A DNA stretch of 35,237 nucleotides from NCBI GenBank assembly GCA_903953065.1, contig CAJBIG010000075.1, forward strand, positions 1 to 35,237. The letters run 5' to 3'. This document shows, in pieces, positions 17,249 through 24,753 of this stretch. Under the pieces are notes generated by a model. It worked only from the letters and a program-made list of their open reading frames with translations, was not told the DNA's origin and ran no database searches. Source of the stretch: an uncultured Solirubrobacterales bacterium (lineage in GTDB: Bacteria > Actinomycetota > Thermoleophilia > Solirubrobacterales > Solirubrobacteraceae). The number at the start of each line of letters is the position of its first letter. Within the stretch, counting starts at the first letter, position 1. The position numbers were made by a program, and so were the translations under genes.

Positions 17249-19285
17249 GTGCCGAAAGTCGCTCAGGTCGAGCCGATAACGACGGCCCGCGTCCTGCGCG
17301 GGCCGTTCGATTACATCTGCCCCGATGGCGCCGATGTGGGCTCGGTGATGGTCGTTCCATTCGCTGGCCGTGACCTCTTGGCGGTCGTCACGGCCCTGAA
17401 AGATTCGTCAGAGCACGAGCTGAGCGAGGCGATAGAGCTTCTCCCCGTCTCTCTGCCGAGCGACCTTGTGGCCCTTGGTCCGTGGCTGGCGGACGAGTAC
17501 TGCTCTACGCCCGCGCGTGCCTACTCGCTGATGCTGCCGCCGCGCGGCGTTAAGGAGCGCTCGGCGCTCTATGCGAGCGTGTTGCGCGAGCCGGGCGAGG
17601 ATGAGCGGCTGACCGCCAATCAGCGCGAGCTGCTCGGCTCACTTCCACGGCTTGCCGGCGCCGACGTGGCCGCCCTGAGGAGGCTCGAGAAGCGCGGTCT
17701 GGTGCTTCTTGAGGCCCAGTCTCAGCGGCGCGCCCCCAAACACGCGGAGGTGGGGAAGGCTTCCGGGGCCAGCGGGCCGCCGCTCACTTCCGATCAGGCC
17801 GAGGCGCTCGAACAGCTGCTGGCGGCCGCGCCGGGAGAGCAGCTGCTGCTCCACGGCGTTACGGGCTCGGGCAAGACGGAGGTATACCTGCGCGCCGCCG
17901 CGGAGGTACTGGCTGCCGACAAGACGGTGCTCGTGCTGGTGCCGGAGATTGCGCTGACTCCGCAGATCATCTCGCGTTTTGTCGAACGCTTCGGCGAGAC
18001 CGTCGCGGTGATCCATTCCAAACTGACTCCAGGCGAACGGTTCGACGAATGGATGCGGCTTCGTAGCGGCGAAGCGCGGATCTGCATCGGGGCACGCTCG
18101 GCTGTCTTTGCGCCGATGAGCGACATCGGCCTGATCATCGTCGACGAGGAACACGACAGCAGCTACAAGAATGAGGGCGATCCGCGCTACGACGCCCGCC
18201 ACGTAGCGGCCCGCCGCGCCGAGGACCACGGTGCTGTCCTGGTTGCCGGCAGCGCCACGCCGCGAGCGGAAAGCTGGCAGAGGCTGCGCCGGTTGAGCCT
18301 GCCCAGCCGCGTTGATGGGTTGCCGCTCCCTGAGGTCGAGATCATCGATCTGCGTGGCGCCCCCGGGGTGCTCCACCCGGACACGTTCCAGGCATTGGTC
18401 GATTCGCGCAAGTCGATCGTGCTGCTCAATCGCCGTGGTTGGTCAAACTATCTGAGCTGCTCGAGCTGCGGTTACGCATGGGAGTGCCCTCAGTGCGACG
18501 TGACGCTGGTGCTGCATCGGGCAAGCGGGTCGATCTCGTGCCACCACTGCGGCCATCGTGAGCGCGTTCCGGAGCGCTGTGTGGAGTGCGGGTCGGTTTC
18601 GATCGCGCGCCACGGCACCGGGACCGAGAGGCTTGAGACCGAGTTGCCTGGAACCGTCTTCCGTCTCGACGGTGACGCGGCCGACGCCGGCGCCGTTCTG
18701 CGCGCCTTCGAGCAGGCTGACGAGGGGATTCTGCTCGGAACTCAGGTCGTCGCCAAAGGGCATGACTTTCCTGATGTCGAGCTCGGCGTCGTCGTCGACG
18801 CCGACCAAACCTTGCGCTTCCCTGACTTTCGAGCCGAGGAACGAACCTTTTCGCGCGTAACGCAGCTCGCCGGGCGCAGCGGCCGCGGCAGCGAGCGGGG
18901 GAGGGTGATCGTCCAGTCGTTTAGCCCGGACGCGCCGGCGCTGACGCTGGCTGCCCAGCATGACGCGCCAACGTTTTTGGAGCAGGAGCTCTCACGCCGC
19001 GAAGCATTGCGCTACCCGCCATTCTCAACGCTGATCCGAATCGTCTGCTCATCACCGCAGCCGGGGGCCGCTCAGGAGGCCGCCAGCGAGCTCCAGGAGG
19101 CGCTACCTTGCTCGCTTGGTCCTGCGCCTCTATTCCGCCTGCGCGGACGCGAGCGCTCGCAGATCGTGATCAAGGCGGAGGATCGCCGCGCCGCCGTTGC
19201 GGCGGTGAATGCTGCCGTCGGGCGGGTCGCAAAGGGGGCCGGTCGCAAGTCGGTCGCAATCTCGGTTGACGTTGAGCCGCAGTAG
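17249..19285 (+). CDS. priA: Primosomal protein N' (replication restart helicase PriA)
   Basis: Walker A GVTGSGKTEVY, DEEHD, and Cys-rich zinc region CSSCGYAWECPQCDVTLVLHRASGSISCHHCGHRERVPERCVECGS. The start is uncertain (GTG 17249 chosen; ATG 17168 or 17147 possible). Confidence 0.88.
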   Translation: MPKVAQVEPITTARVLRGPFDYICPDGADVGSVMVVPFAGRDLLAVVTALKDSSEHELSEAIELLPVSLPSDLVALGPWLADEYCSTPARAYSLMLPPRGVKERSALYASVLREPGEDERLTANQRELLGSLPRLAGADVAALRRLEKRGLVLLEAQSQRRAPKHAEVGKASGASGPPLTSDQAEALEQLLAAAPGEQLLLHGVTGSGKTEVYLRAAAEVLAADKTVLVLVPEIALTPQIISRFVERFGETVAVIHSKLTPGERFDEWMRLRSGEARICIGARSAVFAPMSDIGLIIVDEEHDSSYKNEGDPRYDARHVAARRAEDHGAVLVAGSATPRAESWQRLRRLSLPSRVDGLPLPEVEIIDLRGAPGVLHPDTFQALVDSRKSIVLLNRRGWSNYLSCSSCGYAWECPQCDVTLVLHRASGSISCHHCGHRERVPERCVECGSVSIARHGTGTERLETELPGTVFRLDGDAADAGAVLRAFEQADEGILLGTQVVAKGHDFPDVELGVVVDADQTLRFPDFRAEERTFSRVTQLAGRSGRGSERGRVIVQSFSPDAPALTLAAQHDAPTFLEQELSRREALRYPPFSTLIRIVCSSPQPGAAQEAASELQEALPCSLGPAPLFRLRGRERSQIVIKAEDRRAAVAAVNAAVGRVAKGAGRKSVAISVDVEPQ

Positions 19286-19320
19286 CGCCGTGCGCGCCGT
19301 CTAGAATCTGCTCCCTAACG

Positions 19321-19905
19321 ATGACCGAGGAGAGCGAAACAGAAGCGCAAGAGCTTCGCCGCGAGCCACCCGAGCTCGACCAAGAGATGCTCGCTCGCCG
19401 CGAGGCGGCGCTGCGTCACGTGCGCAAGTTCGGCGACCCGGTGCTGAAGTCGCGCGCCGCTGAGGTCACCGACTTCGATGACGGGCTGCGCGCTGAGGTC
19501 GATCGAATGGGACTGCTGATGGATGACGCTATCGGAGTCGGATTGGCGGCCAATCAAGTCGGATTACTGCGCCGTTTTTTCGTCTATCGCGTTCACGAAG
19601 ACGGTCCGATCCAAGCGCTCGCGAACCCTGTCATCACTTGGAGCTCGGATTTGGAAGAGACGTTTGAGGAGGGCTGCCTCAGCTTGCCGCAGGTCGTCGT
19701 CGACGTCACGAGGCCAGCGCAGATTCGCGTCAGCGCGCAGGACAGATTTGGCAAGCCGGTCGAGCTTGAAGCAGATGGCCTCGAGGCTCGCATAATTCAG
19801 CACGAGCTCGACCACCTTGACGGAGTGCTGATCATCGATCGCACGACGCGCGGTCAGCGCCGCGAGGCGATGCGCAGCCTGCGCGAGCTCGGCTCAGGCT
19901 TCTAG
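19321..19905 (+). CDS. def: Peptide deformylase
   Basis: GVGLAANQVG, EGCLSLP and QHELDHLDG metal-binding motifs. The start is either ATG 19321, which gives a ~30-aa acidic N-terminal extension, or ATG 19387. Confidence 0.9.
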   Translation: MTEESETEAQELRREPPELDQEMLARREAALRHVRKFGDPVLKSRAAEVTDFDDGLRAEVDRMGLLMDDAIGVGLAANQVGLLRRFFVYRVHEDGPIQALANPVITWSSDLEETFEEGCLSLPQVVVDVTRPAQIRVSAQDRFGKPVELEADGLEARIIQHELDHLDGVLIIDRTTRGQRREAMRSLRELGSGF

Positions 19906-19917
19906 GAGTCCCCAGCG

Positions 19918-20745
19918 ATGCGAACGGTCTACCTCGGCACGGCACAGTTCGCGGCGGCGGTGTTGCGTCATCTCGTTGCGGACGGGACGGTGCCGCAGCT
20001 CGTCGTCACGCGGCCGGACCGACCCGCCGGACGCGGGCGCAAGCTGACTGCCCCGCCGGTCGCCGACGTCGCGCGAGAGCTCGGGATCGCCGTCGTGCAG
20101 CCTGAGGACGTAAATGACGAAGCAGGGCGCCAGCTAATCGCCGACGCCGAGCCGGACGCACTGCTGGTCTGCGCGTATGGCGCGCTGATCCGCGAGCCGC
20201 TGCTCTCAAGTTACGAGATCCTCAACGTCCATCCGTCGCTGCTGCCGCGATGGCGCGGAGCTGCCCCAATCGAGCGAGCGATCATCGAAGGCGACGGCGA
20301 GACCGGCGTGTCAATAATGCGTCTCGTCGAGGGGCTTGATTGCGGGCCGGTCTGCGCCCAAGAGCGCGAGCCGATAGCCGACGACGACAGTTTCGGCACG
20401 TTGAGCGAGCGGCTCGAGCAGCGCAGCGCCGCGCTCCTTGGAGAGGTTCTGGTTGCTCCGCGACCGTTCGTTGAGCAGGATGAATCGGCCGCGACCTACG
20501 CCGAGAAGATCACCGCCAGCGACCGCATTCTTGACCCAGTCAGCAGCGCGGCAGAGCAGGATCGCCTCGTCCGCGCACTATCCCCGCACATCGGCGCGAG
20601 GGTTGAACTCGAAGACGGTCTGATGCTGGGGGTCCGCAGCGCACATCTGGATAGTGGCCGTCTGATCTACGACGAAGTTGTGCCTCCCGGCTCGCGCCCG
20701 ATGAGCTGGGAAGAGTTCCAGCGTGGCCGCGGCGAACGAGAGTGA
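19918..20745 (+). CDS. fmt: Methionyl-tRNA formyltransferase
   Basis: 275 aa. N-terminal MRTVYLGT..., HPSLLPRWRGAAPIERAI motif, and a C-terminal OB-like segment ending PPGSRPMSWEEFQRG. Confidence 0.9.
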   Translation: MRTVYLGTAQFAAAVLRHLVADGTVPQLVVTRPDRPAGRGRKLTAPPVADVARELGIAVVQPEDVNDEAGRQLIADAEPDALLVCAYGALIREPLLSSYEILNVHPSLLPRWRGAAPIERAIIEGDGETGVSIMRLVEGLDCGPVCAQEREPIADDDSFGTLSERLEQRSAALLGEVLVAPRPFVEQDESAATYAEKITASDRILDPVSSAAEQDRLVRALSPHIGARVELEDGLMLGVRSAHLDSGRLIYDEVVPPGSRPMSWEEFQRGRGERE

Positions 20746-20782
20746 TCGCCATTCCGGGGGAGGGCGTTCTATTGTTCGAAAC

Positions 20783-21004
20783 ATGGCGGAAGTTTCAGTC
20801 GGATTGGAGTGCCCTTCGTGCCACGAGCCGTGGCTGCGACCGACGACCGTGCCCGGCCGCTACCGCTGCGTCTACTGCCTTCACCGTTACGAGCTGCGGT
20901 CGGTCTGCCCGGGCTGCGGTGAACACCAGACGATCGTGCGAATGTCGAGCACCGCAACGACCCAGTGCTCACACTGCGGCACGTCGATGCTGGTGGAGGT
21001 TTGA
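20783..21004 (+). CDS. Hypothetical small double zinc-ribbon protein (4 x CxxC)
   Basis: 73 aa from ATG 20783. Four regularly spaced CxxC pairs (CPSC, CVYC, CPGC, CSHC). Third-position GC is high, like neighbouring genes. The stop TGA is 2 nt before the rpe ATG. An alternative GTG 20723 has GGGAAGAG about 7 nt upstream. No family recognised. Confidence 0.55.
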   Translation: MAEVSVGLECPSCHEPWLRPTTVPGRYRCVYCLHRYELRSVCPGCGEHQTIVRMSSTATTQCSHCGTSMLVEV

Positions 21005-21006
21005 CG

Positions 21007-21657
21007 ATGACCGTTGAGATCGCTCCGTCGATCCTCAGCGCCGACTTCGGCATCCTGCGTGAGCAGGTTCTGCTCGTTGAGGACGCCGGCGCGCGAATCA
21101 TCCACGTCGACGTCATGGACGGCCAATTCGTGCCGCCGCTTTCGATGGGCCCGCAGGTCTGTGAGGCGCTGCGCGACATGGGCCTTCACCTCGAGGTCCA
21201 CCTGATGGTTGATCGCCCGGAGACAGTCCAAGTAGAAACTTTCGCCGCGGCTGGCGCGGGGACGATCATCATCCACGCCGAGGCGACCCCAGCCGTCGAC
21301 TACACACTTGAGTTGATTCGCTCGCACGGCTGCAAGGCGGGACTGGCAGTCAACCCCGCGACGCCGCTCGCCATCTACGAGGAGGTCGAACCGGATTTGG
21401 CGCTCTGCATGACCGTCAACCCAGGCTGGGGCGGTCAGAGTTTCATCGCGAGCTCGATCGAGAAGATCACTCGGCTGCGCGCGATAGTCGGCGACGAGGT
21501 TGTGATCGAGGTAGACGGCGGAGTAGACGCAAGAACGGCGGGGCTATGTGTTGCCGCCGGCGCTTCCCGGCTGGTCGCCGGCTCGGCGATCTTCGGTCAG
21601 GATGATCCCGCCCGAGCCTTCAATGACATCCTCAACGCTGCGACGAGCCGGAACTAG
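21007..21657 (+). CDS. rpe: Ribulose-phosphate 3-epimerase
   Basis: MTVEIAPSILSADFG, HVDVMDGQFVP, NPGWGGQSF and VDGGV motifs. The upstream 14 codons of the track ORF overlap the zinc-ribbon ORF and are not Rpe-like. Confidence 0.93.
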   Translation: MTVEIAPSILSADFGILREQVLLVEDAGARIIHVDVMDGQFVPPLSMGPQVCEALRDMGLHLEVHLMVDRPETVQVETFAAAGAGTIIIHAEATPAVDYTLELIRSHGCKAGLAVNPATPLAIYEEVEPDLALCMTVNPGWGGQSFIASSIEKITRLRAIVGDEVVIEVDGGVDARTAGLCVAAGASRLVAGSAIFGQDDPARAFNDILNAATSRN

Positions 21658-22956
21658 ATCGCCGTCGGCGCGGGGTGGCTGGCGGTAGAGGATGTAAAGC
21701 AGGGCGCAGAGCGTTGCCGTTGCCGCCGGGTAGCCAAGCTCTGCGCGAAGCAACGCCGACTCGACGAGCGGCACGAACATCCAGCCGACGAACGCCAACG
21801 CGACGAGCAACCAGATCACGCTCGCGGCCTTGGCGCGGCCGCGCGCCAACGCTGCCTGATTGAGCGTGCCGGCGATCAGGTGGAATCCCATTCCGATCGC
21901 GACGGCAGCGAGGCCCCAGCGGCCGAAGGTTGTGTCGTCGCCAAAGAAGAGCTCCATCAGGCTGGGTCCGAGCAGCAGCATCACAAGCGCTGAGAGTCCA
22001 GCGAAGACCGCGATCGCGCGAACGGTGATCTTGATTGCCCGCGAGAATTCTTCGCCGCCTTTGGTCGCCTCAAGGCCTGTGAGGTGCGGCAGCAGCGTTG
22101 TTTGGACCGATTGGAATAGCTGCAGTGGCGCCCGCGTGATCAGCAGCACGCTGAATACGGCGCCGGCAGTCGCCGCGCCGGCGACCGAATCGGCCACGAG
22201 TACGCCCGCGTTGAGCAGCGTCTGCTCGCCGAGCTGAATTGCGGCCACGGCGCCGGCAAAGCCGACGCCACTGCCGGCAACCGAAGCAACCTCGAGCTCC
22301 GGAGCGTCGCGATCCAAGCGGCTGTGACGGGCAATCGCCCACGGCACGACAAGCAGCGACGCCAGCGGGGCGGCAAAGATCCCGATCGCAATTGCGGTCT
22401 GTCCGCTAGTGATGCCGATCAGCACCGCGAGCGGAAAGCAGACCCTCGCGCTGGATTCAAAGAGCATCAATCCGCCATACAGAACAAACCACTGGTGCCC
22501 GGCGAAGTAGCCACGCGCGAAGTAGCTCGCGGCGTAGGCGACAGTCGCAGAGACGAAGATCAGGTAGAGCGACTGAGAGCCGCCGAAGAGCTGCTCTATC
22601 TGGGGGCGCAGGGCAATCGCCACGACGAGAAATGTGAGCGCGAAACCGGTTTGAATCAGCATCGGGCCACGGAGCGGATGGTTGCCTTCGGCGCCGCGCG
22701 CGCGGCGGTCGGAGATTGTCCGTGAGAGAAGCTGCTCTATCGGTCTGTAAATGACGGAGATGACAATGAAGAGAGCGGCCCAGAGCACACTGAGCTCGCC
22801 GTAATCGGTCGCCGTGAGCAGATGCGACGAGAGCGAGAAGTAGAGGAACGTCAGCAGCCCGGTCGCGCCAACGCCGACCGCAAGGACTCGCGCCCCTGAT
22901 ACGTAATCGCCCTTGGTCGGCGTCGCTACCGGAGCGGGTTGTTCAGGCTTAGCCAT
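21544..22956 (-). CDS. MOP-superfamily (Wzx / polysaccharide-biosynthesis type) flippase-like membrane protein
   Basis: 470 aa and polytopic (about 12-14 hydrophobic helices), with the general look of oligosaccharide flippase family proteins. Last gene of the GT2-methyltransferase operon (8-nt overlap with the methyltransferase stop). The function is assigned by architecture and context only. Confidence 0.7.
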   Translation of the reverse strand: MAKPEQPAPVATPTKGDYVSGARVLAVGVGATGLLTFLYFSLSSHLLTATDYGELSVLWAALFIVISVIYRPIEQLLSRTISDRRARGAEGNHPLRGPMLIQTGFALTFLVVAIALRPQIEQLFGGSQSLYLIFVSATVAYAASYFARGYFAGHQWFVLYGGLMLFESSARVCFPLAVLIGITSGQTAIAIGIFAAPLASLLVVPWAIARHSRLDRDAPELEVASVAGSGVGFAGAVAAIQLGEQTLLNAGVLVADSVAGAATAGAVFSVLLITRAPLQLFQSVQTTLLPHLTGLEATKGGEEFSRAIKITVRAIAVFAGLSALVMLLLGPSLMELFFGDDTTFGRWGLAAVAIGMGFHLIAGTLNQAALARGRAKAASVIWLLVALAFVGWMFVPLVESALLRAELGYPAATATLCALLYILYRQPPRADGDLVPARRSVEDVIEGSGGIILTEDRRAGDQPGSAGGNT

Positions 22957-23584
22957 TGAGTCGTACTACCGCCATTACCCATGGGAACGGGTGGCGCAGT
23001 TCAACAACTTCGCCGTAGCGAGAGAGCATCTCCCGGAACGAGCGACTCGACCAATGGTTGAGGTGCCCAGGCGTGTTGCCCAGATCGCTCCAATAGGCGC
23101 CGCGCGCGATGTTTGTGATTCTCCAAAGTGGCTCGCGCGGCACCGACAGAAGCAGCCAGCGTTCGGCGCACCGCGACATCTCGGAGAGCACCATTTCAGG
23201 GTCGCTGACGTGCTCGAGCACTTCGATCGCGGTCGCGGTATCGAATTCGTTGTCGGCGAACTCAAGTTCCTCGCCCTTCATGACGCGGTACTCAAGGTTC
23301 GGCGCGCGACGCTGCTCCCATTGAGCGTGGAGCAGTGGATCGTCCAGATCGGTGCCGACAATACGGCCGCCGCTCGGCAGTCGCCCGGCCCACTCGTGCG
23401 TGAGTACGCCCTCGCCGCAGCCGATGTCGAGGATTGAAGTTGGGGCGGCCATCGCGTAGCAAGCGTCGAGGTCGCGGTGGAAACCTGCCATCAGGCGGCG
23501 GACAACCGGGTTCGTCGAACCGTACTTATCGAAGGTGTTGCCCGTTACCGTTCCTTCGCTGTCTACTGTCACGCGCGACTTCAT
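22949..23584 (-). CDS. Class I SAM-dependent methyltransferase
   Basis: 211 aa. SAM motif I ILDIGCGEGVL, and post-I/II motifs (GTDLD, AIEVLEHV). ATGA overlap with the upstream GT2 stop. Confidence 0.85.
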   Translation of the reverse strand: MKSRVTVDSEGTVTGNTFDKYGSTNPVVRRLMAGFHRDLDACYAMAAPTSILDIGCGEGVLTHEWAGRLPSGGRIVGTDLDDPLLHAQWEQRRAPNLEYRVMKGEELEFADNEFDTATAIEVLEHVSDPEMVLSEMSRCAERWLLLSVPREPLWRITNIARGAYWSDLGNTPGHLNHWSSRSFREMLSRYGEVVELRHPFPWVMAVVRLNG

Positions 23585-24648
23585 CGCGACGCCTCCTCTT
23601 GTTTGATCAGCGCGCGCTGTTCGCTTGGAGTCGGAGCTGAATGGGCACCGGTGGTTGCCGCTTGGCCGGTCGGCGCGGCGCCGGGCTCGTAGTGCGACGG
23701 TGGCACGCCGAGCTCCAGTTCGACCCGGCGGACGCGCTCGAAAATCCGTTGGCTCATGATTCGCTGGGCGTGCATCAGGTCGCCAATGACGGCCAGCGCG
23801 CCCATCACGACGGCAGCGTTGAACAGCACGGCGCCGAAGATCAGCGACTGCACGTGGCCGGCGCCATCACCTTGAACCCAGTAGATGAAGAAGAGCGTGA
23901 ACGGGACCAGGGCGGCGATGCCGAGCACAACCGCCGCCGTGGCGAAGACGCGCATCGGTTCGTACTGGGCGTAGATGCGGAAGATCGAGACGCCGTTGCG
24001 TCGCACGTAAGACCAAGTCGATGGAAAGAGTCGCGACTCGCGCGTCTTCGGGTTCGTTCGGATCGGAACATCCTCGACCGCCACGAGAAGCTTGCCGGCC
24101 TGGATGATCGTCTCGAGCGTGTAAGTGAAGCGCGAGACGACGGCCATCTGCAGTGCTGCTTCGCGGTTGTAGGCGCGGAAGCCGGAAGTCGTATCGGGGA
24201 CATCGGTTTCGGACGCTTGGCGAACGACCCAGGAACCGAGCTTCTGCAGCCGCTTTTTGATTGGAGAGAAGTGTTCAATCGAATCTGTCTGACGATCACC
24301 GATGACCATGTCGGCCCGGCCGTCGATTATCGGCTCGACCAGCTTGGGGATGTCGGCCCCGAAGTACTGGTTGTCGGCGTCGGTGTTGACGATTACGTCA
24401 GCGCCGAGCTTTAGGCAGGCGTCGAGGCCCGCCTGGAAGCCGGCTGCAAGGCCACGGTTGTTGGTCAGTCGGACGATGTGGTCAACGCCGTTCGCTCGCG
24501 CGACGTCGACAGTTGAGTCGGTCGAACCGTCGTCGATGATCAGCCATTCGACATCGGCGATGCCGTCCACTTGGCGCGGAAGGTCGGCGAGGGTCTCGGG
24601 AAGAGTCTCCTCTTCGTTGAGGCACGGGATCTGAATGATCAGTTTCAT
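23581..24648 (-). CDS. Family-2 glycosyltransferase of the GtrB/ArnC/DPM1 type (putative polyprenyl-phosphate sugar synthase) with two C-terminal TM helices
   Basis: 355 aa. MKLIIQIPCLNEEETL, IIDDGSTD, NTDADNQ (DxD), then two hydrophobic helices (FATAAVVLGIAALVPFTLFFIYW; LIFGAVLFNAAVVMGALAVIG) and a Pro/Ala/Thr-rich tail. Confidence 0.85.
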   Translation of the reverse strand: MKLIIQIPCLNEEETLPETLADLPRQVDGIADVEWLIIDDGSTDSTVDVARANGVDHIVRLTNNRGLAAGFQAGLDACLKLGADVIVNTDADNQYFGADIPKLVEPIIDGRADMVIGDRQTDSIEHFSPIKKRLQKLGSWVVRQASETDVPDTTSGFRAYNREAALQMAVVSRFTYTLETIIQAGKLLVAVEDVPIRTNPKTRESRLFPSTWSYVRRNGVSIFRIYAQYEPMRVFATAAVVLGIAALVPFTLFFIYWVQGDGAGHVQSLIFGAVLFNAAVVMGALAVIGDLMHAQRIMSQRIFERVRRVELELGVPPSHYEPGAAPTGQAATTGAHSAPTPSEQRALIKQEEASR

Positions 24649-24753
24649 CGACGCCCAATCGTACGGGTCTCATGCGATCGGGGCTGAAACGGGGCGACCA
24701 GTTAGCGCTGCCCGTCATCCGGCTGCGTAGTATCACTGCCGGTTGCGCGTGAA
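24649..24753. promoter_or_regulatory. Divergent intergenic region between the GT2 operon (-) and the GT-C-like gene (+)
   Basis: 105-bp spacer between divergent start codons. A TAnnnT-type hexamer TAGTAT lies at 24728-24733, 20 nt upstream of TTG 24754. No clear -35 was found. Confidence 0.35.
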
